Source of the DNA: Balanoglossus misakiensis
Lineage: Eukaryota; Animalia; Hemichordata
Assembly: GCA_040954595.2 (NCBI GenBank)
Contig: CM082579.2
Coordinates: 8,111,625-8,175,624 of the forward strand
Reading direction: 5' to 3'
Length of the DNA stretch: 64,000 nucleotides
Shown here: piece after piece, positions 37,491 through 50,817 of the stretch
Numbering within the stretch: the first letter of the stretch is position 1
Layout of the letters: every line of letters begins with the position of its first letter
Notes under the pieces: generated by a model
What the model saw: the letters and a program-made list of their open reading frames with translations, nothing else
The model's database searches: none
Told to the model about the DNA's origin: nothing
Position numbers and translations under genes: made by a program

Positions 37491-40400
37491 ATGCCGGAAC
37501 CAGCGGCTAACGAGAAAGACATCCCGGTACGGGTTGCTCTGCGATGCCGTCCCCTCATCACAAAAGAGCTCGCCGAGGGCTGTCAGACGTGCCTCACGTT
37601 CGTGCCAAACGTACAACAAGTTGTGCTCGGAAAGGACAAAGCATTTACATACGATTATGTATTCGACGCGAAAACGCCACAGTCCAATGTATATGAGAAT
37701 GCCGTAGCCCCACTGGTAGATGGCATATTCAAAGGTATAAAATAATGATTGAAGCATAGACCCTGGGGTCTGTGATCAAAGGTGAAAAGGGAACCTCTAG
37801 CCTGGTCACCATACACAGTGTGTTTTAGATAGACTCTTAGTGTGTGAGTCTATCTAAAACACACTGGGTATCGTGCCCAGACTAGGAACCTCAGGCTCAA
37901 CAACACAAGCAAAATCATAATTGAGCTGTAAATACTGTATCAGGACCCATGATTTATTTATATAAACGATTTGCTCGTTGTCATGTAAATGCTACGAAAA
38001 CCCACACACCCCTTGTAGAAAGACCTTCAAATTCATTGGAGCTGCCACATTGCCACCAATAGTTGATCACTATGGAAAATTTACTGCATAATGAAATCCA
38101 ATGAAATACATGTTGGTCTTCAAATACTCATTAGAAGTTGCGGTGACTATGAGTGCACACACCACTCAACCTAGCAGCACCTGCTACAATCATTGCACAG
38201 TTGCAGCTAGTAGTAGTACTTTACTTCATGTATTGCTGTATTAAAATTGTATTCATCCATAGAAAATACATGTACCAGTGGCATGTACATAAGATCTATT
38301 GCCGCAATTTTATTTCAGGATACAATGCTACAGTGCTTGCCTACGGCCAGACTGGCTCCGGCAAAACGTACACCATGGGAAGTGGATACACGGAAGCCCA
38401 AGCTGAGAATAATAGCCTGGTCGGTGTCATTCCCAGAGTTATCCAGAATTTGTTCCAAGGAGTTGAAAAGAACGAGGACACTGAATTCACATTGAAAGTC
38501 TCCTATCTGGAAGTGAGTATCGTCATGGCACATTCAGACAATTGAACAGTCGTGTAAGTGTGTGTACCCAGTACTACCATTGTTATTGTTGTCAAATGCA
38601 TTCGATTTTTAATTACTTATTGTGCTGTTTACACACGTTCAGGTCTACAATGAAGAAATTTTTGACTTATTGAGTAAATCCAAGAAAGAAAACTTGGCCA
38701 TCCGGGAAGATATGGATGGCAGTATAAGGGTGAGGATGAGTTAATTTAATCTAATAAAATTGTCTAGTTTGTGATGCTCTGTTACAGTAGTACAGGGAAA
38801 CTTGAAGGGGGGGGGACTGAATGATCCTATGGAATTGGTATTGGCTCTCAAAAGGTTACAACTGTCTAATTTCCTGTTATCTTGTGTGAACATTGAAATG
38901 TAGCATCCTACTGAATTTTGATGTTCTGTTTTTTCAGGTGCAAGGCTTGGAAGAAATTGAAGTCAAAAGTGGTGAGGATATGGTGAAGTTTTTGGGGGAG
39001 GGCTCCGAGGGGCGAACGACAGGAAACACTGCCATGAATTCCACCTCCAGTCGGTCACACGCAATATTTACAATACACATAGACCAGCGCAAGAAAGACG
39101 ACAGGTGTGTATTCTGTGCAGGCGTATGTTTTTCAGATTTTGACCTCAGAGACGGAACTTTGCTATAACTATAAAGTACTCCAGTGATTTGAAATGGCAA
39201 AGTCACTACCTGTATATTTTGGAAAACTGTGTGCTAATTAACGTCAGAATTACTTGCAAAATGCAAGCTAATGCACATATTTATTAAACTATTGTGCTAT
39301 AATGGGAGTGAACAGAATACACACTACATCCGAGGAATCACATCATGTTATTCTTGTGTGTTACATACAGCAATGATCTTCTGCAAGCCAAATTTCATTT
39401 AGTTGATCTGGCTGGTTCCGAGAGAGCCAAGAGGACACAGGCACAAGGTGATAGGTTCAAAGAAGGTAAGTATCAATATCTATACAGTTGTTACTTGTAG
39501 TTAGTGTGTATTGAAACAGTTTATCTGACTAAATTCTGAAAAAAATGAATATAATTATATTACCCCAATTGTTCAAAAGTTATCACTATTACTTTCTCAG
39601 GGGTGAACATCAACAAGGGACTTCTAGCGCTGGGTAATGTGATCAGTGCCTTGGGCGATGAGAACGGTAGGAAAGGTCACATACCATACAGAGATGCCAA
39701 GTTGACGAGACTCTTGCAAGGTAAGCGTCAGAGTGACTTCATATGAAACGTTCGAGTGACAATTACATTACGAAGCAGTGTGTGAGGACTTTCTTCCCTC
39801 ATTTCAGTTGCTACAATAAATGTTTTTTATTTTTATTATGGCTGACAGATTCACTTGGTGGTAACAGCCAGACGCTGATGATAGCCTGCGTAAGTCCAGC
39901 CGATTCCAACATGGAGGAGACGTTGAATACGCTGAGATACGCAGACAGAGCCCGGCAGATCAAGAACAAACCCATCATCAATCGGGACCCAGTCCAGGCC
40001 GAGCTGATGAGGCTTCGGCAACAGGTGAGAATTCCTTGATGATGATGATGGTGGTCACAGCTGGTATTACGGAGCTCTCATATACCACATGTATGCACAA
40101 GTTCAGCGTATTTCAAGACATTTTACAAGTTTCTATCATGAGCCCATTGCTTCAAATCATTTTCTTTTATTGATGTGTGAAAATTTCAGGTTCAGCAGTT
40201 ACTGGTCAACGGTGGTGGTGTTTCCAGCTGCGCAAGTGTGGGGTAAGTTTTCTGTCGGACCAGAGTCGCAAATACATAAAAAAAAAGGACAAGTTAAACT
40301 TTGATGGGTAATATGCATGATGATTGTGTTGATTCTTGTATTACATTTTCTTTTATTGGAAACTTCATCAATTGATACGATTCAATAGTGTGTCTGTTGT

Positions 40401-42739
40401 GTTTTCATTTTGTAGATCTAATGTGGAAGGCGACATGAAGGTTTTGATAGAGAGGAATAAAAAACTTGAAGTAAGTAAATGTATACTCGTCTGTCGTAAA
40501 ATTAATACGCTTATTTACTACAGCGTGGATGTTTTGAAATTTGAAAGGTTGTTTTCATTTTAGGCCGTTTGTTTGTAAATCTGTTTTTTTTTATCAATTC
40601 AGGCAGAGAATCGAAAGCTTTCAGTGGAGTTGCAGGCCTCGGTCGACCAGACAACACAGATGTGTGAGAAAGCCATCATGGTAAGGGGAAAAGAAAAAAA
40701 AAAAACATTTAAATTTAATCATTTTCAAATGATTAAATTATGTTTCCTGTTCACACATCACAGTAGCTCTTTGCACACTTGCATTATAAATTTGTCTGAG
40801 ACTTTTTGTAAGCTCAGGATTTCAGACGAAAAGACCTAATTTTTTTTCCTCCCATTTTTTTCACTGTCTTTTCACAGCTGGAAGTTGCAAGAGACAAACT
40901 CAAACAGAAGCTGGACGACATCAAGGAGTCGTTGAAATCCCTGGACGGCGATGTGGACAACGAACAGTTGCGGGAACAACTCAAGTCTATCAAGAGTCTG
41001 CAACAGAAAATTACTCAAATGGAGGTCTGTTTTATAAGATTTAGCACTATTCTGTATAGATAATGGGCAAGTACAGAAACCGCGAAACAAGAAAAATGTT
41101 CACAACTGAAGATGGGTGTTATTGATTTTTAGTTCTCCCCCCCCCTCCCCCATTGCGTATAAAGCTTTGAAATGCTGTCATCGGTGATCAACTGACAAGC
41201 GATGATTATAACCGAATTGTCTTCTGAATATCGTCCTCCAGGAAGACGACACCGGCACTTTTTCCGCCGAGGAGTTGAACTTGGAGGAGGAGCTGGAAGC
41301 CCTCGGGGAGAGCGGAGAGAACGGCCAGATGGACCGGGAGCATCTGCTGAGGAGAGCCGAGATGAACAGGCAGCTGCAGGAGCTGAACAAAGCCTTGCAG
41401 ATGAAACAGGAGCTGGCCAGTCAGATGACGGACAACGATGACAGGATGACGTCCATGAAAATACAGTACGAGGTGAGACTGTGAAGGGCAGTTATTGTTA
41501 CAGAAGTTTTGACATTGTATATTGCGGGGCTGGTTTGAAAGTTTCTGTCTTGTATCTGTGACACAATACACAAAATGCCATTATCATTCTAGCATTGTCA
41601 GCTGTTGATGCTAAAATGATTTCTTTTACTTGCCACTCATTGTATCCATCCTTAGTTTACTTGCACTAGGGCGTATTTGAATGGTGTGTTCTAATTGTCA
41701 AAACTTTTGTTTTACCGCCTGTTTTCAGACCACCATGAGACAGCTTGAAGGAGAGATAACATCACTGCAGAAGGAGAAAGACAACCTCGCCAAGGCTCTG
41801 GTTGAGGTCAAGAGCAACACTGCAGCCAGCAAGTGAGTCAATACACCTAACATTGGTATTTTTGGTGCTGAACTTTTCTCTGTAAAAAACTTGGTTTATC
41901 GAATCTTGGACTTGCAAAACAAGCCTGTCTTTCATGTGATTACCGACAGATCATCTGACTTTGTTTTATGCCTGTCAACTTTTCAGAGTTAGTGAACAGA
42001 GGAGAAAGCGTCTGCAAGAGCTGGAAAGTCAAATTGGACAGCTGAGGAAGAAACTGGCAGACCACAGCAAGTTGCTGAAGTTGAAAGAACAGAGCGACCA
42101 GAGAGTGTCCAAGCTCAACAATGAAATCAAGGTGAGAGACGGAGGGAGAGAGAGAGGGGGGGGGGGAGAGAAAGACATGAAAACCATGTGTGCAAATTCT
42201 TCAAGGCATAACTGTAAGTATTGGTAGTTGCATTTGATGTTACATCATGAATGTTTGTCAATAGAATCTGCATCATCGATCTCAATATCTTCGCCTGTTT
42301 TCATTTCTAAAGACCATGAAACAGATCAGAGTGAAATTGATGAAACAAATGAAAGGAGACTCCGCCAAGTTTCAGCAGTGGAAGGCCCAGAAAGACAAGG
42401 AAGTTATGCAGTTGAAGGAAAAGGTGTGTAGTTATATAGCTTGAAAACCATTTCTTTGAATCAGTCGTGTGTGTAAAAACTACCCTGTAGTGTCATGATA
42501 AGGTACAGTTTTCTTGTTTTACTATGTATAAAGATGTCCGGTCAGTCATTCAAAATACGTGTAATATAATTTACGCTGCAGGACCGCAAACGCCAGTTTG
42601 AGCTGACCAAGCTGACGAGGAAGAATGAACTGCAGCAGAATATGCTGAAACGAAAAGCTGAGGAAGTAAGTGCAAGTTTTACTATTTTGCCCCCATAGCT
42701 GTGTGTGTGTGTGGGCCCAGTCACCCCATTGCTCTGTCT

Positions 42740-42770
<31 letters not shown>

Positions 42771-45700
42771 GGAGGAGGGGGGTTCACCCTCACTACACCA
42801 TACCATGTGAATGCACGTGTATGAGATGGTTGCAACTTACAGAAAAAACAAACACCAGTAGCATAGATACAGCCGTCTGTCTCAGTTTCAGTTTTACAGC
42901 ATTTCATTTGCCATTTACCAGTAAACACCTTTGACCTTTCCTGACCTCCAGGCGTCTGCAGCCAACAAGAGACTCAAAGACGCTCTACAGAAACAGAAGG
43001 CAGCGTCAGAGAAACGCGACGACTCCTTTGCACAGAGCGACATGAAGGGCATTGGACAGAGAGTCAGGGTAAGTTGCCACCAGTAGTATTGTAGAAAGAG
43101 TCACCTAAAGATGGTAATTTGCTGTGCTTGATAATAAGGGCCCTTTGGGGCTACAGTGTGTACCAGACATGATCACTGACTATCATTCTGTCCCGTGATT
43201 GAATTTTCACAGAATTGGCTGGGCAGAGAATTAGAAGTGCTGGTCAGTATGGAAGAGGCCAGGCATCACTTGCAGTCACTGCTGTCAGACCGGAAGGTCG
43301 TCTCGCAGCAGCTGGCCGACCTGGAAAAGGAGAAGTCGGGCGAACCACCAAAAAAGGTACGGTGTTTGGAGAATGTAGATTAACTGTAGGATTGCAGAAA
43401 GTGTACAAATTAAGTCATAGACATTAAAAAAGGCATGGCATTTAGAATCAATGACTGTGAAAATTGAACAGAACTTAAATGCTTATCGCAAAATTTTTAC
43501 CACACCTCTCGCACATCTAGGAGTGTGACCCCCGGGACATTTACAATCCTAACACTAACCATAACAGCGATGTAGAAAATAGCTGGCCAAAACAACCGAC
43601 TGTCAGTGTCAGCAAAAAAAATTGTGTTCACTATAGATAGGTTTTCAGATTAGACAGGGTTTGCTTTGGACAGGTTTTACTGAACTGCCCTGATCAGTTC
43701 AAAGAGCCTCTCGCTAACTACTCTGCCGTTCCCCGCTCTTTCACAGAAGAGAACGATGAACGACACATTTACGTGCGAGGATGACGATGGCGTTGACGCC
43801 GGCGAAACGGAAGACACAGATAAACAGCAGAAGATTCTGTCCTTGAGACAGGAACTGCAGATGAGGTCAGTGGTTGGCTGTGCAAACTTGGACTTGTATT
43901 CATTGAAGTGTAAACATAAGAAAAAAATGTTTATGATTGACAATGTTTTAGATTTCAGCTGTATTAACATAGTGCAGATTTGTTGTTCTCCTTGGAAAAG
44001 TGTCCTATAATTAAATTCATATGAGTGTTTTTTTCCTGTTATTTGCCACGATTCACTAATATTTCTTGTCTTATCCATAGGAGTGCCCAGATTGCTGATC
44101 TACAACAGAGAGTAATGGATGCTGACCAAGGTAATTGTTAAAAAGCTTCGACCCACCTTTGCATCTATCTACAAAGCCAATTAATATTTTTATTTTTATG
44201 AAAAACTCCAAATGCCAAAAAATATATATTCTAGAAACAAAAAAAATCAATTTAACAGACAATATGTTTGCTTAAACCTGTATACTGAGAGACTACATTA
44301 CTTTGTGACCAAAAGATACGTTTCAGACATTCAACATCCTCCAAGCTAACCACTATGTTATTTCTGAATCCTCTTTTGCAGAAGAGAAGGCCAAGCACCG
44401 GTGGAGTAACGTCCGCTCTCTGGTCGAAGCAAAGTGCGGACTCAAGTGGTTATTGAATACCGTAAGTATCCAGGTCTTTCCATAGGAGTTGTGAATGTTC
44501 TTCTGTTCATTTCTACTTGTAAATCTTTGTACCTGGACACCCTGGTCATCTCAGATAAATTTTCTTTTTTTGGGCCTGTAACACTTGCTTGTATTGGTCT
44601 TCTATAATGTTTATATATGTAACACTTGCTGTGATTGGTCTTCTGTAATTCCTAAACATGTAACACTTGCTGTGATTGGTCTTCTGTAATGTCTACACAC
44701 GTAACACTTGCTGTGATTGGTCGTCCTTGCAGCTGGTTGAGTGTAAAGTACAGCATTCCATCACAGAGAGCGAGCTGAAGGACTCTGAGTCGGCTCAAGT
44801 GGATGTCAAGAAAGATGTTGAGGAAATGAAGCAAGAAATGGACAAAATGAAGTTAGCCCATCAAGAAGAACTCACTAGCCTGGAGAGACTGCATGAGGGA
44901 AAGGTAGGCTGTTTTATAATTATGGAGCTTCAACCATGACAGGCAAGTCCTGGAAAGGAAGAAATGTCTTAGAAATACAGTGAAATCTGTCTATATTGGC
45001 CAGTCAAGGGACTTTCCTAAACTAGCCTTTATAGACAGGTGGCCTTTATAGACAGGTCAATTAGTTTTTACTGAAGAAGGGACATCCAGAAATCAAGAAC
45101 TGGGAAGGATACTGAAAATTTGTCAGTGTGTTGGTGAATATGTGTCTTGAAAATTTCACTCCAGTGTCTAACTGACCAATATCCTGTGTGTTTTTTGGAC
45201 AGGTGCTGTACCTTCTGAAGGAACTTCAAAATCAAGGCTCCAATTCCCCCCGAGACACGGATGACTCCATGGTGCAGAAGATGAGAGAAAGAATGAAGTT
45301 CCAGGTGAGGAATGAAAAAATAGGTTGCAGGTGTATTGTGTAATCAAATCATGGGGGTGTGTCACCCATCGGATGGGTATTTGCTCCTACTACCACACTG
45401 CAGAAGCCATTTGTTCTGGCTCTCTTGGTTCACTGACTGCTTCTCTGCCTCTTTTCCAGGAGTCACAAATAGCAGACCTGAACAACGTCCACGAACAGCT
45501 GCAAGATGTACTCAAGGAGAACGATGAGTTGAAACGGGTACGTCTCAAGCCATGTTCTTTTGTGTGCCGTCTCTGTACAACTTGATCCACTCTGTGATGT
45601 GAATCAGAAGCATTTAGAAACATAAACTTATTGATGATGGTATTTGTATATCTATCTCCACATTGAATAAGTGGGGACTTCTCTGCTGTAAAAATAAGGA

Positions 45701-47438
45701 CTTTGGGTACAAGAAACTTATGTGATATGAAACATGGTCTGGTCTTGTTAAATGATTGTCACTTTTCCTTCATTGTAATGTAATTGTTTCTCGTTCCCTG
45801 CAGCAACTAACAGTAGCCAATTACCAAGGCAGGAAGTTCTCCCTGCTACCCCAGTTAGATGACCCACCTACTGTGGCGGAGATCCGAAAAAACAAGGTAA
45901 ATGTGTGCTTCCTGTCTACATACAAAAAAACCAAACCCCAAACTGGTTGTGGTCAACATGTGCATGTATGCCATTATATCCCCCATGATGAGCATTATGC
46001 AGATTTTTTGAATTGCAAATCCAGTATAGTACAATACCGTTTTTCCTCGTTTTCCATTTCGCCTGCCTGTCTTCCTGCCCTTTGTTTATACCCTCTCGCT
46101 CATCAACTTCTTCGTCTTAAAATCCAATCAGAAGAAAAACGAGAGCAGTACGAAACCCAAGAAGAAGGCCGAAGAGCTGGAGGAAATATTCGAAAGCGAT
46201 AAAGAGGACAGTTTTGAACTTGAAGACTCGGATTGGAGCGCCGAGGAAGATTCCGACTCCTCCTGGTGTGAAACTCCAATCAAAAGAAAGAGGTCACAAC
46301 TGCTGAACAGAAAGAAGCTCTCGATTATCCGGGTAATTGACACCAACTAATTCATTTTTTTTCCTGTATAGAACTGTAAAAATATTACATTTTTTAATGC
46401 TGAAATATATCCCAGTTCAAATCTGTGAATTTGAAACTCTGATGGGAGGTAGACAATAAATTTTTGGGACTGCATCACAGAGGGCCAGATCAGATGTAAC
46501 AGTGGTTGACTTAAAACAAGTCAACTTGTGTTCCTCAATCAATTCTTTCCCTTATGTATCATGTCATGTCATCCCCCCCCCCCCTCTCTGTTTCTGTCTC
46601 CAGGGTGGCTGTGGTTGCAAAGGCAAATGTTCCACCAAGGTTTGCGGTTGTGTCAAGGGTGACAAGAAGTGTGACGACACCTGCAGATGTGACTCTGACA
46701 AGTGTATCAACCACTCAGGCAACAATTCCGTGTCCAGGGACAGCGACGAAGCAGACGATACGCTTCAGGTAACAAAATACACCACGGAAAGATCTCTTCT
46801 GTGTTTAAACAGGCCCAGCCTGCACCAGAATAAGATTTGGCACCACACGGTCAATACACAATAAAAACAGATGCTGAAAAATATGTTGCTCGCGAAAATA
46901 ACATGTTTTACAGTATAAGTCATAGTAGCATTAACTTGTACACACAAATGATCTATGATTTATGTGTACATTCATTTGTGCCATTGACTGTCCATTTAAG
47001 TTCTGGGATATGCCCATTCAGACGCTATCTTTATGTGTGTCCTCTTTACAGTCCAATGACCATTCGACAGAATCGGAACATCAGAACGAAGACACCACCG
47101 TCATGGAAGTCGACAACTCCAACGACAGCCCCTCCGCCATGAATTCGACCTTCGTGAAAAGCCCGGACTTGGAGGACGAGGTCGGTCCCACGTCACCCAG
47201 AAAAGCCCTGGCCAGCCTGAACGTGCCGAATTCGCAGAAAAACTCGAAGAAGCCGATTGCGGCGACAACCTCGAAGGGGAAAGGTTCGGACGTGTTCAAA
47301 AAGCCGTCCCACGTACTGATGCAGAAGCGCCCTCGCCCGGCGGCGCCCAGCGACGACATCAGCAACCAGGGTCTGGCCAGCAAGAAGAAAAAGAAACTCT
47401 TAAGTGCATCAGACACATCGTATTTCAAACCAGTGTAG
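37491..47438 (+). CDS. KIF4: Chromokinesin KIF4 (kinesin-4), multi-exon
   Basis: Motor motifs [26 protein letters not shown] (P-loop, exon 38319-38512), [38 protein letters not shown]; coiled-coil stalk ([12 protein letters not shown]); cysteine-rich domain [29 protein letters not shown]; basic tail KKKKKLL...SYF. Confidence 0.96.
37798..37884. mobile_element. 87-bp palindromic MITE, copy 2, 8-bp TSD, in a KIF4 intron
   Basis: TAGCCTGG...CCAGACTA; same internal hairpin as 19569-19653; GGAACCTC duplicated at 37790-37797 and 37885-37892. Confidence 0.88.
44577..44732 (+). repeat. 41-bp tandem repeat (about 3.8 copies) ending at a KIF4 splice acceptor
   Basis: Units start at 44577, 44618, 44659 and 44700 with consensus TGTAACACTTGCTGTGATTGGTCTTCTGTAAT... 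Confidence 0.92.
44978..45060. mobile_element. Truncated Tc1/mariner-type MITE, related in style to 28528-28690
   Basis: TA|CAGTGAAATCTGTCTATA left end and duplicated GCCTTTATAGACAGGT; no clear right TIR. Confidence 0.5.
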
Positions 47439-48846
47439 GGAGAAGGATTTCTAGATTTCTCGATAGTTCAGCGTCTTTCCTATGGGCCCCATCATACTCC
47501 TTTTTTTTACATGCATGTATCGGAGGCATCCAGACCATGAAGCACTCACTGCCTTAATCAATTTGCTTGAAAAAAGTCAAGATAGATATATATATTGCAT
47601 AGTATTTTGTAGAAATTAAACAATTTGAAGAGTCTACAGATTCAAGGCATAGTTTAAAAGACAGTTTGCCGCACACCGATTTTGCAACAGCTGACTGATT
47701 CTTTATGCCAAGGTGCCTTAGAATATCGGATTAGATTTATAATAGAATTTATAGAAGTGTTTGTGATTTTCTATGATTTTTGTGATTTGTGTATGCGAGT
47801 GTGAGTGTCTGTTTCCTTTCTTCTTTCAAAACTTACACTGCAACCTAGCCACCTGGATATCTTTCCTATTGTATATAAGCATCTGGTACATGTCACAAGA
47901 AACTTGCTAGTCATTTCAGAAGCTCGGGCATGCTGTTATCAAGATAGAACTCGACAGAAAATTAATTATGCATGCGCTGCAATAATGATCATAGAAATGA
48001 CTTTTTTTTGTAGTAAACACTGGCATTGACTGCATATTGCTTGATGCCATGTGCAATGTTTACTGCATGATTTTGTTCTGTATATATTTGCAAGTGAATG
48101 TTGTCGACTTTGTTTTTCTGTGAAAATCAAGTTGTATTTCTTTCTGAATTGGCAGTAAAATGATTTAATTGTACTTTTTTTTTCATTTGGCTTTTCCCAC
48201 TCACATAGTTTCAGTAGTATGAGCGAATAAAGTATGTTTCACATATTTCACAACTTGGTCTCCCACCCCCTCTATTAACTATGTTGAAAACATTAACATG
48301 GGACATTTACTGAAGAATTACGAGGTATGATGGTTTAATTCTTCCAAAAAAAAATTTAAAAAATAATAAAGAAACTACACACAGCAAATATTGAAATAAC
48401 TGCACTTGTCAAAATAAATATTTCACTTTTGGGTACAAAATGCTAAAAATAGCATACAGCCAAAACTAGTTTTGTATCCGATCAGCAATTTATATAAATA
48501 TTATAAATAAGCTGTTGAGATAGATTGTTTTTACCCTTGCTTGGTCTTTTTCCTGTTAGTGTACTGTTCAGAATGAGAATACTGGTAGTAAAGACCACGT
48601 AAAGGTAAAAATGAACATATCTCTACATCGGACTGTAATCAGATTGTGCTGTGACTGAAACCCCCAACCCCCCAAAAAAGAATTCATCAGGATTGAGACC
48701 AAGAAACATTTGTATTGCAATTTTTAACAAAAATCAAGATTTCCATCGGGATTAAAAATCAAGTAGAAAGCTGTAGGAATACTTGACTGCACAGTTTTTG
48801 CGTTTTGAAAGTGTTACTCAACAATAAGCAGAAATACTTGATGTTC

Positions 48847-49661
48847 TTATTCCCAATCATCGTCATCGGAGTCATCATCCACTCGTCCCCGGATTGTCTT
48901 TTTGGGTTTATTTGTAAATATCGACGTTGGTTTGCCGCCGGGCAGTGGTGGCTCGGTCAGGTTTCCAGAGTAGTTGATCACCCCAGCGCAGCCCAGTCTC
49001 CACTCCAGCATTGCGGTTGGAAAGTCGTCTGTGCCGCCCACATCATCAAATCTGTGGATACCAATGGATCAATTGATCGTTAAGAATTGGACTGCGGTGA
49101 AAGTGAATGGCCAAAATCTACTTGAGAGGCACAGAAATTGCAGAGCTCGCATTCACGTCTATTGACAGTTCTAACAGAATCCACAGTTTACATAAATACT
49201 TACCCGACGATATAATCACTAGTTTTGCCATCTTTGATACAGGCAATGGTAGGAATGACTTTGATTCTGAGCCTCTCGGCCAGGAAGGGAGACTTCTCAG
49301 CGTTGATTTTCAAAAACCGGGTCTCGATATGCTTGGGAGCCAGAATCGACATGTGCTTATCCACGATTTTGCAGCGAAACGTGCTCTCCTTGTAGAAGTG
49401 ACACACCACGTGTATGCTCTTCTTGCTCTCGTCGAAGAACTCCTTCTCGCCCGGCAACTCGGTGTACACCCCGTGGCCTGCTTTCAGCCACTTCTGTTTC
49501 TGTTCGTGTTCTTTTTTCATGGCTGCCAGGCGTTTCTGTTTGAGCTTCTCCAGTTCGTCATCGCCCATCTGATCGAAACGTTCAATTTCCGCATCCACCT
49601 GTCCCTCTATGATTTCTGTCACTTTCAGAAGTTGCTTCTGTAATGCAGCGTCGCCAGCCAT
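48847..49661 (-). CDS. TXNDC9: Thioredoxin domain-containing protein 9 (phosducin-like protein 3)
   Basis: Coding exons 49204-49661 (MAGDAALQKQ...VVCHFYKESTFRCKIVDKHM...KINAEKSPFLAERLRIKVIPT) and 48847-49051 (GFDDVGGTDDFPTAMLEWRLG...DDDDWE*). Non-coding exon donor near 50496. Confidence 0.95.
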
Positions 49662-50496
49662 CTTGATGTTCGGTCTGTGAAAACAGGAGTTCATTTCAGT
49701 TACAAACAATCTACATTGTAAAAATGTAGTTTATTTTTTTAAATGGTGTTAAAATGACTTTTATCAAAATTTGTTCATCATTCATATTTTGTAATACACA
49801 TGATGTACATGTATCATGGAACTTTATTGAGATACGTTTCTTATCAAAATTCATTTGCATTCACTCTTTGGAAAAGAACAAACCAGTCATTAGAATAGAA
49901 ATTATTCCTTCTGGGAGGGGGGGGGGGGGTCATGATTTTTCCACAAAATATACATAGCTATTATGATTTGATTAGTTGAGATGAAATAAAACACCATGAA
50001 ATTTTAATGTCAATGACACCTGACAGCATAAGTGTTGAATTGGAGGTCAAAAATCTCAATATATGCTCTTCGTTTTTCTGCCATCTTTGAAGGAACAATT
50101 TGGGTCACAGTGTGACTAATGGGTGAACACAGAACAGCTCAATGGAAGACTATTTTGGTTGTTGTCATGACACCGTGTGGACACACGAAAATTGAGCGAG
50201 TTTGATTTCACTGCCGGAGACACATGTAACGGTGTATTGGGCGCAATGACGGAATGAGTATGCTGAGGAGACCACACTATTACCATAAAGACGAACAGTA
50301 CATTACAATAAAACCTGCGTTTGTGCGAAGCATATCAACCAACGTGCACTGACAAGATTTCGAGCACTGCACCACCGGTCGACAAACATAACAGACACGG
50401 CGTTTTCAATTTCTTCCCGACTCAATGAAAATCAGACGTACTTGCGAAATCATGTAATCTCAAGTATTGCTCACGCGATAGAAAAAGACTCCTTAC

Positions 50497-50817
50497 CTGT
50501 AAAACGTTTCTGTGTTTTCGGTAAAAACAAATACGAAATGTCAAATCCACAGAATTTGATTCAGCTCCCTACACCTTTCTGTAATGGACTTGATAAGAAA
50601 CGGTTTGAACGATTGGTTTATTCGTTGACCTCTTGGCGTAATCTAGCCAATCATTGTCGACTTTGGAGGTTAGAAACGGGACATCCCACAATGCAACAGA
50701 GTTGAAAGGTCACAAGGGGTCAAAGGTTTCTGGTAGTCAGCTTCAAATCATGTGACGAACTGTTGATGTTTGCGACTTTCAATCATCTATGCACCTGGGT
50801 TCACTTTCTGTTGCAAA
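50497..50817. promoter_or_regulatory. TXNDC9/IDS bidirectional promoter
   Basis: About 320 bp between the TXNDC9 exon-1 donor and the IDS ATG; ATTGG 50612 and CCAAT 50647; ZNF143/Staf-like ATCCCACAATGCA at ~50683; AGGTCA/GGGTCAAAGGTT nuclear-receptor-type repeats 50707-50728. Confidence 0.65.

Noticed and set aside
49107-49643. 178-aa antisense ORF over TXNDC9 (and similar shadows over IDS, KIF4 and AKAP17A)
   Set aside because: Antisense shadow ORFs expected from codon bias of real exons.
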